49,666 bases of DNA from a virus. The stretch is taken from the IMG/VR virus record IMGVR_UViG_3300045988_171666. One strand, given 5' to 3'. Made by a program: the position numbers and the translations under genes. Shown here in pieces: positions 8,478-19,476 of this stretch. How positions within the stretch are numbered: position 1 is the stretch's first letter; each line of letters starts with the position of its first letter. A model generated the notes under the pieces. It did not search any database, was not told the origin of the DNA, and was given only the letters and a program-made list of their open reading frames with translations.

Positions 8478-11400
8478 TTAAACACCTTGCAATAAATGAC
8501 CATTATCATCGGTAACTCCAACGATTATTCCTCCTCTAACACGAATACGGACATTATCCAGATCATAAGTAGCAGGATCGAAACTTATGCCCTCATAATA
8601 ATTATAAGAATTACCAAGGCCGAGGTTATAAGCGAAACGAAACGCCCCAGCCGCCAACGTACCGGTAATGGTAGTGCCCGTGGTTTTAGTGCTTCCCGAG
8701 AAGTAGCCCGCAAACTTAGATCCTGTAGGAGGGAAATTCGATCCATAACCGTCTACAGATCCATATATGGCTACGCCAAAAGTGTTGCATATACCAGATA
8801 TACACGCATGGGTATCAGCGGAATTGCTCCAAGCCCCTACCATGGTTTTACAACTTGTTCCGGTATTGTATGTATATCCTCCCCCTACTGTCAGCCTAAA
8901 GGAGGTATTACCGAAATAGTCAGATCCAGTCCAGTTAAGACCATTATAACTATTCAAGGAGAACGCACCGATACTCAAGGTACTGCCTACGACAAGGTCT
9001 TTAACGTTTATCAAGTCCGCTTGAATATACCCTCCCGCTATAAGCGTCTGTCCGTTTATTATCACGCTCGCCAATTTGTTCGCTCCCACACTGGCGCTAC
9101 CTGTAAGTTTTCCTGTTAATTCCGCTTGAAGGGCTTTGGCCAGGTCTTCTTTTGTGATAGACCCACTTTTCGTATAACCTAAAAGAGTGTTGTTTAAGGT
9201 AGTCAGATTGACCTTGTTCGATATTTCTTGACTTAATGCCCAAGACAGATCATCGGATGAGACGCCGTCTTTCCACGCCATCGATCCTAGATCACCTGAG
9301 TTAACCTTGTTCTTGATCGTATTCTGGGTGCTTAGGTCAAACATGGAAAATGTCACGAAACCGTTCAAATTGAGTCGGCTAGCGTTTATCTTGATCGTCT
9401 CCGCCGTCTGGTTGATGCTCGATATGATACTATCCTTAGACACCTTCAAATTTATATTCTCCGCGTTCACCTTGATAGCCGCCTCCATTTCGGTTTTCAG
9501 CCCGGATACGTCGGTTTTCTTGGCGTACAGTGTCAAGCTCTCATCCACACCGTCCAGCTTTAAGCCTAGGCTTGTCACTGTCTGGTTTATGCTGTCGGTC
9601 TTGTCAACATACAAGGATAACGTGCTGGTCGTATTATCCAATACCACCCCAATGTCCGTCACCGTGCCGTTCAACGTGTCGATCTTTTGGGCGTACATGC
9701 CGATCTTCTCGTCCGTCTGCAGAAAGAGGGTGGACATCTCCAACCGTAGATCCTCCACGGGATGCGTGGACATCTGGACGTTGTAGATATATATTTCCCC
9801 CGTGAAATTCAAGATGAAATCACCGGTTCCGTTCCATTTGCCGGAAAATTCCTCTTGAACGAAGGTATCCGTAATCGCCAACGGTTTGCTTACGTAAAGC
9901 CCCTGTCCGGAGAATCCGGACGTTAACGTACCGGCGGTCTTTACCATGTACATGAACGATACGTAATAGCTAGGCCATACCTTCGTCCCGTCGGGCATCT
10001 CCAGTTGGCCGTCCGGTTTGTTCTTCAGGTAGGAGTTTAATTGCTTTACTCCCGAGTTCTTGATATAAAGGGCCTTGCGGCTGGATACCTCCACGATTCC
10101 TGTAACCTTATCCTTCTCAGCGTAGAAGGAATCGTTCACGGCCATGAAACGCTCCTTCACCGTGAATAGCGACACGTCGTTACCGAGTACCCATCCTACC
10201 GTATCAGCGGAGAAAGAGGCGTTCGTGAGGCAATTATCCTTCTCCGATAGCTCGTAGCGCACGGAAGACATCTCGCTGGAAAGCCTGCCTTCCACGATCT
10301 CGAACTTGGTCTTCACGTTCTCCCCCGTATCGAGCATGAACTGCCCACGGGCGTAAAGATTCTCCACGTACGCCCCGTCACCGTCCAACCTTCCGAAATA
10401 GGGCGTGACCAGACCGTTCATGTTCCCGATACGTACCTTCACGCAGTTTTCCGGATCGGTCTTCATCCCACGGATCACGTCCATGTAGGGCGTGCCGAAC
10501 TCATCCACCGTGGTGATCTTCATGATGCCGCTGCGGGTGGAGTTATCCGGATTGTCCACACGACAAAGGGTATCCCTTTTGGCTATGTCCGACAGATTTC
10601 CAACGAAATTCGTGAAACGGAGCCAGTCCAGACGGTTCTCGCCGTCGGAGAGGTCCCCTACGGCCACTTCCACCACCTTCAGCTCGTACGACTTGGTCAT
10701 CTTGTAGTCGTTCTGCAAGGTAGGATCGCCTTGAAACTGCTGTACCATGAGGATATCGCCTTCCCGGAACGGGTTGTACAACCTGCCTCCGTCGGTATCC
10801 AAGTAGATCCGACCGGTCTCCGGGTCATAATGATCCACCTCCATCATTCCGGCGAAGATGCGGTTATCATTCTCGCCAAGCAGTTGCGAGACCACGAACG
10901 TATATACTTTAAGCTCGTTACGTACCGAGATCGAATCGATCTCCAGCTTGTATTTAGTCTCCTCCACACCGGCGGCGTTCGTCACCTTGTAAGGCGCTAT
11001 CATGAATCCCGTCCCGTTCGGGAAACCGGAGGCGAATGTAGGAGAGGAAAGGGAACCGGCGAACATGGAGTCATGCTTCACCTTCAAGTCCTTCACCCAT
11101 GCCGTGCCGTCGGCGAACAGGCGGAAACCGTTCTCGTGCTTGAAACTATCTGCGTCACGGTCTGAGTAGATGGAGGATTCCAGCCCGCTTAAGATTATGT
11201 CTTTTTCGAAAGTGATGTTACCATGCGCCGTATCATCTATATCTTTTCTTAAAAAGCGATCATCAAGTGCGGATATAGGCTTTAGTATCTCCTTCAAGGC
11301 TCTAAGAGCCGTGAAAGCGTTCTCATCGGACGGCTCTGTCAGATCATCTAATTTTATATGATAGAAATCGTCTCCCTGTCCACCCGATCCTCCTGCTCCG

Positions 11401-12644
11401 TTGACGATAGCCCTCCAAGTCTCTCCAAGTTCGCTTATGATGCCGTTCCTTATCGTGTCATGTATTACACCAAAAGACGTAACGGATGCTTTCGGGTTAT
11501 GCGGATCAAAGGCCGGGAATAATACCCCCTCGCCAAGCTCTTGCCGTGGGAGCTCAGCTAAGCGAGGGGGAAAAATAAAATCCGGCGAGGAGAGGTTTGG
11601 AACCGTTAGATTATCCGGAAGCTCTTTCTCGTTACGGATAAGGTTCAGGTATCTCGAGATCTCCGAGAGTCGGTACGTGAACGTATAGGAGCTCGGGAGA
11701 TCGTTGGAGGTGTAGGTGGCGTCGCTCTCGGTGACGATTATTCTCCGGATCATGGACGCCTCGTATATATACTTGGCCCGGCTGGGGAAAAAATCCAGCA
11801 ACCAACGGCGGGAGTAATCATCGAGGAATCCCGTGTTCTTAACGAACTTACGATCGGTCTCCACGTCATACTCGGACAGGTTCTCGTCCAGTTCCGCTAT
11901 CAGGTGGCCATGCTCCGCCTGCAGACGGTTCACCCCATGGGCACGGAAGGTGTCCATACCGCCCAGACTGTTCTCGAAAAGGAACCATTGCTCGTCCTCG
12001 GAATGGATATCCGTGAATTTATAGAATTGCGATACGCTCAGTCTCGCTCCGCCGGCCTCGGCGTAAACCTCGAGATAGCTGGGGTACTTGTTCCCGAATA
12101 GCTTGGCTACGATTGCGTATTGGAGATTGAGTGTCACGCACTCGCCGGCGGTCATTCCCTTCAAGGAGGTCATGCTCGAAGATTTGTCCGGGAACGTGGC
12201 CTTGGCCTTCACCGTGCAGTCCGATATGGCGTAGTAGGTCAACCACTCCGGTGAGTAATAGGTCACCTCCTTGACCTTTGGCTGCCACGTGAGGAAGTGG
12301 GACTTCAACCAGTTTCCCGGCGTGTCCGCCAGATCCGCTATCCCGCACCGGATCGCCCGGAACGAGTGGGAGGTCCCGTCTATCGTGGCCGTGAAATCTG
12401 CGAATATGGTATTTTGGGAATAGATCTCTTGGGCCGTGTCCAAAGTATAGCTCAATTGGCTTTCCACCACCTCTCTCACGTCGATCGTGACCATCTTGTC
12501 CGGCCCGGGCTCGTAGCTTTGCTCGAGCAAGGTGGCCGTTCCTTTCTTCAAGATGAAAGAGACGGCCTCTTGTGCCCCCAATACAAATTTCCTCATGTTC
12601 CCGGACAGGCTCAGAGCGTCTGGTTTATCTATGATCGTTGCCAT
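8478..12644 (-). CDS. Large tail-tip / tail-fibre-like structural protein (Tal position)
   Basis: 1388 aa, second gene after the tape measure. C-terminal half has fibre-like repetitive segments (TLNGTVTDIGVVLDNTTSTLSLYVDKTDSINQTVTSLGLKLDG..., NLKVSKDSIISSINQTAETIKINASRLNLNG). Confidence 0.6.
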   Translation of the reverse strand: MATIIDKPDALSLSGNMRKFVLGAQEAVSFILKKGTATLLEQSYEPGPDKMVTIDVREVVESQLSYTLDTAQEIYSQNTIFADFTATIDGTSHSFRAIRCGIADLADTPGNWLKSHFLTWQPKVKEVTYYSPEWLTYYAISDCTVKAKATFPDKSSSMTSLKGMTAGECVTLNLQYAIVAKLFGNKYPSYLEVYAEAGGARLSVSQFYKFTDIHSEDEQWFLFENSLGGMDTFRAHGVNRLQAEHGHLIAELDENLSEYDVETDRKFVKNTGFLDDYSRRWLLDFFPSRAKYIYEASMIRRIIVTESDATYTSNDLPSSYTFTYRLSEISRYLNLIRNEKELPDNLTVPNLSSPDFIFPPRLAELPRQELGEGVLFPAFDPHNPKASVTSFGVIHDTIRNGIISELGETWRAIVNGAGGSGGQGDDFYHIKLDDLTEPSDENAFTALRALKEILKPISALDDRFLRKDIDDTAHGNITFEKDIILSGLESSIYSDRDADSFKHENGFRLFADGTAWVKDLKVKHDSMFAGSLSSPTFASGFPNGTGFMIAPYKVTNAAGVEETKYKLEIDSISVRNELKVYTFVVSQLLGENDNRIFAGMMEVDHYDPETGRIYLDTDGGRLYNPFREGDILMVQQFQGDPTLQNDYKMTKSYELKVVEVAVGDLSDGENRLDWLRFTNFVGNLSDIAKRDTLCRVDNPDNSTRSGIMKITTVDEFGTPYMDVIRGMKTDPENCVKVRIGNMNGLVTPYFGRLDGDGAYVENLYARGQFMLDTGENVKTKFEIVEGRLSSEMSSVRYELSEKDNCLTNASFSADTVGWVLGNDVSLFTVKERFMAVNDSFYAEKDKVTGIVEVSSRKALYIKNSGVKQLNSYLKNKPDGQLEMPDGTKVWPSYYVSFMYMVKTAGTLTSGFSGQGLYVSKPLAITDTFVQEEFSGKWNGTGDFILNFTGEIYIYNVQMSTHPVEDLRLEMSTLFLQTDEKIGMYAQKIDTLNGTVTDIGVVLDNTTSTLSLYVDKTDSINQTVTSLGLKLDGVDESLTLYAKKTDVSGLKTEMEAAIKVNAENINLKVSKDSIISSINQTAETIKINASRLNLNGFVTFSMFDLSTQNTIKNKVNSGDLGSMAWKDGVSSDDLSWALSQEISNKVNLTTLNNTLLGYTKSGSITKEDLAKALQAELTGKLTGSASVGANKLASVIINGQTLIAGGYIQADLINVKDLVVGSTLSIGAFSLNSYNGLNWTGSDYFGNTSFRLTVGGGYTYNTGTSCKTMVGAWSNSADTHACISGICNTFGVAIYGSVDGYGSNFPPTGSKFAGYFSGSTKTTGTTITGTLAAGAFRFAYNLGLGNSYNYYEGISFDPATYDLDNVRIRVRGGIIVGVTDDNGHLLQGV

Positions 12645-12699
12645 TTGCGATTATTTTACCCCCAAAAGTATGGCTGTCGGATGGTCCGATAAAGGACAG

Positions 12700-14727
12700 T
12701 TACCGGGTCACGGGCTCGAGCCACACGGTCAGGGTACCGTCCTCCGGATCGGTCGGCCCGGATGCGGAGCCACGGCTATAGAATTGCACGGGATAAGTGG
12801 CTTGATGGTATTTCCCGCCCTGCACGTATTGGTATGCGCTGGGCGGGGCGTAGTATATGGTCACGGGCTCCTCCTTGAACACCCATCTCCTTTTCACGCT
12901 GTCACTGGCGTTGGACCGGGAGTAGTTGACCTTCCATTTATATTTGGATACATGGGAGGCGAACCGCTCTGCCTCGGCCATGGCCGTGGATACCGGCTCG
13001 TAAAGCCTCGTGGTAAGGAACGTGGATTCCAAGGGTTCCCGGGAACCCGGGCTATATTGTATGGCGGAGGGAAGCAACTCCTGTCCCTCGATCGTCACCT
13101 TCCTGTACTCGGAGAGCGATACCTTTTGGATGTCACTGAGAAGCATGCTCGCTTTTATCTCGAGCAGAGAGTTCCGGAGCAGGGAATCGTAATTCCTCCA
13201 GAACCGTTCGAAAAGCCCGTCCGGGCCGTGGTAGGCGAGCGTATAGTTCCAGAGCTTGTTTCCATCCGCATCATGATTGAGGATCGTCCCGTAGTCCAGT
13301 TTCCCGGCATGGAATACGAACGCCGGCATGGGTTTCAACTCCTCGTTATCTTCCGCCTCGCCTACCACCTCAGACGTGGAGTCATTCACGGAATCCATGA
13401 TGATGGAGGAGTTCAACGATCTTCCGGTCCCTATATAAATCCCGAGATGCGGGATGGCCCCGGCTCCTCCGCTGCCAAAAGCAGGTGTATAGACCATCGC
13501 CGGTAGCACGTCCGGGGATTCCTTGCTCTCCGTCTCCAGTGTCCCGCCGGCGTAATAATCCATCGTGACCAGACCGATCCGTTGCGTGACCGGCGTGATC
13601 CCCTTGTAACCTCTCCGGACAAACTCACCCGATATCTGGTTATACTCCACGTCCGGGTATTTCTTTAATAGGTCTACCAAGGTACTGAACTCCTCGTTCT
13701 CGTTCCCCGTGGCTCTTCCCGTCGTTGGCATCGGGCGCTCGCTCTCCTGTTTCTCTTCCGGCGGCGTGAGCCGGTCACAGGTAAGCTTTAACTGCTTGAA
13801 GCTCGAGGGATGGTTGACTGTGTATTTACCGGCTACGCAATCCGTGAGGTCGCAGGAGGGTGTCTCGTTCAGGTTCTCATCGAATAGCACGATACGGATG
13901 GTCTTGCGGGTCTCGTCCGGGATGAACTCGCAGCAGAATTTATACCGGTATACGTCCAGTATCGTCTTGATCATGCAGTCCGGGACGATCTGGGAGTATC
14001 GGATCTCGCTCTTTACGATCGTATCGATCGTGTTGTTCAGAAAGACCATGTCCTTGAATGGGGTGGTGCGGGAAAAGAAGGAGTCCTCCAAGGTGTAGCC
14101 GAGATAGGCGAATATCTCCTCCAATAGATGCAATCCACGGATGAAGGGGGATATGTAGAATCCCGGAGCTAACCGGATCGTTTTCTCATCGACTACCTCC
14201 GTCCGCTCCACGTCGTTGTAAAGACGGGGATATCCGTCCGGTCCCGGATCACCGGTGGCGTTTAAAGAACCGGACTCTAGGATGGCCGGGAACAAGGCGA
14301 ATCGGTCGTCATGTGTAATGAACAGGTTCCGGCAGAAGGATATCGCCTCGCTGACAGACGCGAACTTGAGAACCTTGTCCTCAAAGACCGTGGATAACGG
14401 TACATCCTTGATCTTCTCGTAGAACGCTCCGGTATTCAAGTAAAAACTGGTCTCGATCCCGCTCTTCCGGTTCGCCGACAGGATGGCTTGACGGCAGGGA
14501 ATGGAGAATACCCCGTGTTGGATCATGGCGTTGATCCGCTGCGAGGCCTTGCTGATCCCGGCCATGTTATCCGGATAGATGAGTAGTTCCCTATTCCTGT
14601 CCGTGGGAGGGAGTGTTACCGGTAAGCTCTGCTCTCCGTAATCGTTAAAGAACGGGTTCATCCGGGATAAGGTCAATTGGATGTCTCCTAGGTCGTAAGC
14701 CTTGCCGGATTCGTGAATGATGTCCAT
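12700..14727 (-). CDS. Tail / baseplate structural protein (distal-tail position)
   Basis: 675 aa, immediately downstream of the tape measure gene (stop 14729, start 14727). Function inferred from synteny only. Confidence 0.5.
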   Translation of the reverse strand: MDIIHESGKAYDLGDIQLTLSRMNPFFNDYGEQSLPVTLPPTDRNRELLIYPDNMAGISKASQRINAMIQHGVFSIPCRQAILSANRKSGIETSFYLNTGAFYEKIKDVPLSTVFEDKVLKFASVSEAISFCRNLFITHDDRFALFPAILESGSLNATGDPGPDGYPRLYNDVERTEVVDEKTIRLAPGFYISPFIRGLHLLEEIFAYLGYTLEDSFFSRTTPFKDMVFLNNTIDTIVKSEIRYSQIVPDCMIKTILDVYRYKFCCEFIPDETRKTIRIVLFDENLNETPSCDLTDCVAGKYTVNHPSSFKQLKLTCDRLTPPEEKQESERPMPTTGRATGNENEEFSTLVDLLKKYPDVEYNQISGEFVRRGYKGITPVTQRIGLVTMDYYAGGTLETESKESPDVLPAMVYTPAFGSGGAGAIPHLGIYIGTGRSLNSSIIMDSVNDSTSEVVGEAEDNEELKPMPAFVFHAGKLDYGTILNHDADGNKLWNYTLAYHGPDGLFERFWRNYDSLLRNSLLEIKASMLLSDIQKVSLSEYRKVTIEGQELLPSAIQYSPGSREPLESTFLTTRLYEPVSTAMAEAERFASHVSKYKWKVNYSRSNASDSVKRRWVFKEEPVTIYYAPPSAYQYVQGGKYHQATYPVQFYSRGSASGPTDPEDGTLTVWLEPVTR

Positions 14728-14728
14728 C

Positions 14729-17700
14729 TTATTTGCCTCCTATCTTTTTGGATTTGTCCAATGTCTTCTGGGCGGCCTCGATATCGCTATAAACGATATA
14801 GGCCCTCATGCCTTTTGCTCTTAGTTCGGAAAATAGCATAAGTAGCTGTGTGAGTACTTTGAGTAATTCCGGATTATTACTTGAAACCATTACATTTTCT
14901 TCATCCGAGCGTCCATTGTATCCACCGTTGGCGAATCCGTTGACGGGAAGAGGATTTGTGCTTGTTCTTTGTCTTCGGATGGCATCCAAGGCTAGGATAT
15001 GGTTCATGGAAACCGGATCTTGTAATTGCCATGCCGGTGTAACGTATTCTTCTCGATGTACGGGACCAGCCACTTCAAGTATACCACCGTTGCCGGTGAA
15101 TCCTCCGTTGTACCAACCGGTGGAGTCTGATACAACCCGTTGTCCGGTTTGCGGCGTAGTGCTGTCATTAAGACCTGCATTTGCGGTAGATGTACTAGGT
15201 TTCTTGATAAGACCTTTCAAGGCACCGAAAGCGACGTTAATAAGTGCGATTTCACCTGCTGCTTTTGCCAATCCTAGAAAACCTAAGCTACCTATATCTT
15301 TAATGGTTCTTTCAGCGATAGCCATTACTGCAATCTGTCTTAATGTATCTAAGGTAAGAAGAAGAATATTATGCATAGCATCAGCAAATGTCGTTTCGGT
15401 ATCTGTTAAAGCTTGACCTAATATCATTCCTGCTTCACTACCAAAATCTTTCATTATGTTGAATTGCTTTTTTTTCTTTTCTTCCTCTTCTTCTCTAGCC
15501 TTCTCTTTTTCGTCCATTTCCTTTTTAACGAATCCTTGTAACAACTCATTCAATTTGTCATAGTGTTCTTTTGTCTGTTTTTCCTTCTTTTTGTTGATGT
15601 CTTTTTCTTTTTGGAGATTTTCCAGATAGGCTTGATACCCTTTGTCTAATAATTTGATCTTATAATCTAGTATTAATTGCTCTATTTTCTTTCTTTCGTC
15701 ACTGCCTATTTTATAGATAGCTAATTGTTTATTTAATTTTTCGAGTTCTAAAGCTTGAAGTTTTGTTTGATAATCATCATATAATCTTAGGCCCTCGGTA
15801 TAATCTTGTGTCAATTTTAGTTTCTTGGTTGCGATATAACGATCAACCTCTTTCAGCTTTGCGTCTGTGATTTTTTTCTCTTGCTCCACTGACAGTCCCG
15901 GGGTTATATCCGTTTTTTTTATTTTAGGGGCAATAACTTCTACTTCTGGCAACTCGTTTGCAGGTTTTTTAGGCAGAAGAGGAGAGTATTTCTGAGATAT
16001 CTTATCGAGGTTGGATGCTAATTGGTAAGTTTGCGTCATATAGCTCTGTAAACTTCCCCAGAAATCCTTATCGACCTTACCTCTGGCCCCATAGTAGTAG
16101 TCAATGTAAGAGATGACATCATCATATGTTTTTGTCCATGAGCGTCCGTTCTTTATCCCTTCATCTGTTATACGTTTTATGTCTCGAAGCATAGCGTCGG
16201 TAACGAATTGCCCCAGATTTGATTTTTCCCTCATTTGATCCATCAAATCGATTTGTTTATTTAAGGCGGTGGTCGTTACATCCTCCTTCTCTTTCTGCAT
16301 GGTTTTTAAAACTATGTTTTCATGCAACTTTTCATTAACTATTTCTAAAGCTTTTGCGATATCCTCGGTTGTACTTTGTTCTGTTAGTTGGTTTTCAAGA
16401 TATTTTCCATATCGAGAATTGATCTCATCGATTAATTCTTTTCGTTGCTTTGTTCCGGCGTTGCTTCGTTGGAGAGCGTCAAATAGGGTATAGGCTTCTG
16501 CCTGTTCAGTGGCGATCTCCTTGTTCATCTCTTTTAAAGCCCGGGCACTTTTTGTTGAATTATCCCATATTTTGTAAATGCCTACAGCTAAAGCGGTGAT
16601 TGCTACTCCAGCCGCAATAATTGGATTGAGTCCTAACGTCACTAAAAAACTACGCATGGCAATTGTCGCAGCTTTGATATTTCCTGTCAGTAGGGCTTTT
16701 GCCGCAGCTAGCGCATACTCGGAAGCTATGGAGGCACGGATAGCGATGGCGTTCGCTTTTTCTATCAATACAGCTTTTGAGGAGGCTTTACCTTTTAGTT
16801 CCGTCCAATATGTATTTAATTTTATGACCGCTGTATAAAGAGCTAGAGTTGAAGTTGAAAAAATAACTAATCCTGTATTCTTACTGATCCAGTCAGCCAT
16901 CAGAACTAGTTTTTTAGTCCAGTTCACGGTTTGATTCATTACGCTGATAATGGATGGATTGATCTTCTCCATTAACTCAATGCCAAGATCGTTAAGTTTG
17001 TTTTTTGCTTGTTGCATTTTAGCCGTGGCAGATTGGCTTTTTATCGTGGCCTGCTCTAAAGCGACGGATGTGCCGGTTACGGCTTTCGTATAATATTCTA
17101 CCTTATCCGCTTCATTGATAAGGACAGAGGCAACATTGTAGCCTTCCTCCCCGAACATCTTTTTGATAGCGGTAGCGTCCATTTGTTTTTTGCGTAGATT
17201 TTCCAGAGCCGTACTTAGCCCGACTATTTTGGGGTTTGTCTCGTCAGCTCCTGTTTGCAGGGTAAGGAAAAACTTTTTGAGTCCGGTACCGGCAATCTCA
17301 TCTTTGATACCTTTTTCTCCTAAAGTTTCAATGGTTCCAACTAGCTGCTCGATCGGGATCTTAGCGGAAGCGGCTGCGACACCACTTGTCTTTATAGCTT
17401 TGGTCTGGCTCTCTACGGCTGCTGCACCGAATTTACTTCCGGCGGCAAGTACATTTACATATCGAGCGGCTTGATCAGCTCCATCCCCATACTGGTTTAA
17501 TGCCAAGGTGACGGCATCTACCGCATCCGTAAGTTTCATGCCACTGGCAGAGGCGAGGATGAGCGTTTGCTCCGTCACTTCTGCTAAAGCCTCTTTATTT
17601 GCTAGCAATTCGGGTTTAGCGGAACCTACTAATTTATAAGCTTCCAGTATCTCATCAGCGGATTGGCGTATGCGGATACCTTCTTCGGTAACTGTAGTGG

Positions 17701-18325
17701 AAAGACGTTTTGCTTGATCTGTAAGCCACTCTATACTTTCATCATCTAGGCCTGTAAGAGCTTTTACATCGGCCTTGCTTTCTTCCAGTTTATTGCGGGC
17801 TTCACGGAATTTATTGAAAGTAAGAGTAATACCCGTAATGGCTGCCACTGCGGTACCAATGATTCCCATATATTTATTTACGAAATCTGTGGCACGTCCC
17901 CAGACCGAGGCTTGGCAACCGATCTCTACACGCATCTCTTGTTGGGCTAGTGCGGTTTCTTTGGAGATGCGTTTCAGCATTTCTAGCTTAGTGTTATATT
18001 CAGCGGTACCACGAGTTACTTTTTTCAGCTCCGTTGAAATTTTATTCTTTGTCTTTGTTAAGTCATTATAAGTGGCTCCACTTAGGTTCTTCAATACTCT
18101 TTCCGTATCAGCGACCTCTTGCTTATACTTTTGCATCTTCTGGGTTTGGGCGGTCAACTCACGTTCTATTTTCTTAGCCGCCTTGCTGTTACCTTCTCCG
18201 GCCGTCCGGAGATCAAGTAGCTTTTTCTCCAGTTCCCCGATTTTCGTCTCTAACTCCGATGCGCTAGTCATTGCGTCGGAGTTATCCAAGTATATCTTGA
18301 TGCTCCTGTTTAAATCTCCTGCCAT
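14729..18325 (-). CDS. Tail tape measure protein
   Basis: 1198 aa. Long coiled-coil K/E-rich stretches and central hydrophobic segments (LVIFSTSTLALYTAVIKL, LNPIIAAGVAITALAVGIYKI). TMP-like core (LVGSAKPELL, AAGSKFGAAAVES). Sits ahead of the tail-tip genes. Confidence 0.85.
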   Translation of the reverse strand: MAGDLNRSIKIYLDNSDAMTSASELETKIGELEKKLLDLRTAGEGNSKAAKKIERELTAQTQKMQKYKQEVADTERVLKNLSGATYNDLTKTKNKISTELKKVTRGTAEYNTKLEMLKRISKETALAQQEMRVEIGCQASVWGRATDFVNKYMGIIGTAVAAITGITLTFNKFREARNKLEESKADVKALTGLDDESIEWLTDQAKRLSTTVTEEGIRIRQSADEILEAYKLVGSAKPELLANKEALAEVTEQTLILASASGMKLTDAVDAVTLALNQYGDGADQAARYVNVLAAGSKFGAAAVESQTKAIKTSGVAAASAKIPIEQLVGTIETLGEKGIKDEIAGTGLKKFFLTLQTGADETNPKIVGLSTALENLRKKQMDATAIKKMFGEEGYNVASVLINEADKVEYYTKAVTGTSVALEQATIKSQSATAKMQQAKNKLNDLGIELMEKINPSIISVMNQTVNWTKKLVLMADWISKNTGLVIFSTSTLALYTAVIKLNTYWTELKGKASSKAVLIEKANAIAIRASIASEYALAAAKALLTGNIKAATIAMRSFLVTLGLNPIIAAGVAITALAVGIYKIWDNSTKSARALKEMNKEIATEQAEAYTLFDALQRSNAGTKQRKELIDEINSRYGKYLENQLTEQSTTEDIAKALEIVNEKLHENIVLKTMQKEKEDVTTTALNKQIDLMDQMREKSNLGQFVTDAMLRDIKRITDEGIKNGRSWTKTYDDVISYIDYYYGARGKVDKDFWGSLQSYMTQTYQLASNLDKISQKYSPLLPKKPANELPEVEVIAPKIKKTDITPGLSVEQEKKITDAKLKEVDRYIATKKLKLTQDYTEGLRLYDDYQTKLQALELEKLNKQLAIYKIGSDERKKIEQLILDYKIKLLDKGYQAYLENLQKEKDINKKKEKQTKEHYDKLNELLQGFVKKEMDEKEKAREEEEEKKKKQFNIMKDFGSEAGMILGQALTDTETTFADAMHNILLLTLDTLRQIAVMAIAERTIKDIGSLGFLGLAKAAGEIALINVAFGALKGLIKKPSTSTANAGLNDSTTPQTGQRVVSDSTGWYNGGFTGNGGILEVAGPVHREEYVTPAWQLQDPVSMNHILALDAIRRQRTSTNPLPVNGFANGGYNGRSDEENVMVSSNNPELLKVLTQLLMLFSELRAKGMRAYIVYSDIEAAQKTLDKSKKIGGK

Positions 18326-18328
18326 ATC

Positions 18329-18907
18329 CTAATCTTTATCAATGAAAATTCGTGATGCGTCGATTTGCATATCGGCGGCGTAGTCCGCTACGATGTCTGC
18401 CAGTTTGGGAAGATTCTTTTCGATGATGGGATCGAACCAACGGATCGGTTGGCGGTTGCCGGTTCCCATCAGGTAGAAAGAATCCGGGTTGGTCTTTTTC
18501 AGCTTCCCGTATTTGTCCGTCCATTTAGAGCCGCCCCGGAAACCACCTTGGCCCCGTCCGGCTCCCCTATGGATATAGATACCTTCACGGGCGAAACTGA
18601 ATCCCACTCGTTCGGTCTCTCCTTTACTTTTGTAAATTCTGGGTTCTAGGGAGTCCGATAGGAACTCATCTTTCTGGACAAGCAAGGCGATATTCCCTTT
18701 CAAGTCTTGGATCACGTAGCCCATCCATTCCTTTACCTCAGAATTAAATTGTCTCAATTTCTCCTTATCCAGCCTACGTTCATACCGGGCGATCCGGCTG
18801 GTTGACTCTAGCGAGATCTCGAAGGGTAATCCTTCCCTCGCTCCGATCAGGGAGTTCCTGCGTTTAGGCGTGCGCATCTGCTCGCTCAATCTTTTCATGA
18901 CTCCCAT
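18329..18907 (-). CDS. Hypothetical tail-module protein
   Basis: 192-aa ORF directly upstream of the tape measure gene. Confidence 0.45.
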   Translation of the reverse strand: MGVMKRLSEQMRTPKRRNSLIGAREGLPFEISLESTSRIARYERRLDKEKLRQFNSEVKEWMGYVIQDLKGNIALLVQKDEFLSDSLEPRIYKSKGETERVGFSFAREGIYIHRGAGRGQGGFRGGSKWTDKYGKLKKTNPDSFYLMGTGNRQPIRWFDPIIEKNLPKLADIVADYAADMQIDASRIFIDKD

Positions 18908-18908
18908 A

Positions 18909-19415
18909 TCATACCCACATTGATTTGTCGATAGAGAAGGGGATAGGCTTTCTTAGGTTGAAGCCTAACATCACCCCATAGAAATTATCTCCCATGGGAC
19001 CTATGCCACGAAAGGTCATGCTGTTTAGCTCTAGGAACTGAAGCCCGTTACGTTCCTCGTTCCAGTCGAGCATCATCCGGCAGACGATCTGCATGAGAAG
19101 ATCCTTGCATTCCGCTTTCGCAAAGTGAATCCCGTCGATATTCCCGGCCTCGCATTGCTTTAATAGGGCGATAAAATATTGTGGGATATTTACGAGGTTG
19201 TCATTGCTAAGCCAAGAAAAATCCGAGTTAAGCCCGTCGATGGCGACTAATACATGATCCCGGATAGAGGAGATACGTTCTTCCAGATCAGAGATTTCCT
19301 CTACCTCGTCACTACGGAGGAAATGACATTCCCCGTCCGTATGACCGATAGCGGCTAGATGCCTAGCGATCCATTCCGAATACTCAAAGTGATTGTATAT
19401 GTCCATAACATCCAA
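18909..19415 (-). CDS. Hypothetical tail-module protein
   Basis: 168-aa ORF. The first codon in the ORF track is TTG; the first ATG is at 19406. Confidence 0.45.
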   Translation of the reverse strand: MDVMDIYNHFEYSEWIARHLAAIGHTDGECHFLRSDEVEEISDLEERISSIRDHVLVAIDGLNSDFSWLSNDNLVNIPQYFIALLKQCEAGNIDGIHFAKAECKDLLMQIVCRMMLDWNEERNGLQFLELNSMTFRGIGPMGDNFYGVMLGFNLRKPIPFSIDKSMWV

Positions 19416-19424
19416 TTTATAGAC

Positions 19425-19450
19425 ACAAAAAAAGCCCCCCGAAGGGAGCT
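19425..19450 (-). terminator. Intrinsic terminator closing the island-1 operon
   Basis: Minus strand reads GCTCCC-TTCG-GGGGGC followed by TTTTTTT, about 30 nt after the stop of 19477..19758. Confidence 0.75.
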
Positions 19451-19476
19451 TTTAAAGGACATATGAAAACTACTAA

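Noticed and set aside
1480-18332. Many plus-strand ORFs (60-324 aa) lie opposite the tail genes, for example 12532..13506, 7171..7848, 8496..9119 and 14808..15416.
   Set aside because: All are fully embedded antisense to long, motif-bearing minus-strand genes. They have low-complexity Arg/Ser/Pro-rich translations and no upstream signals, which is typical of shadow ORFs in GC-rich coding DNA.
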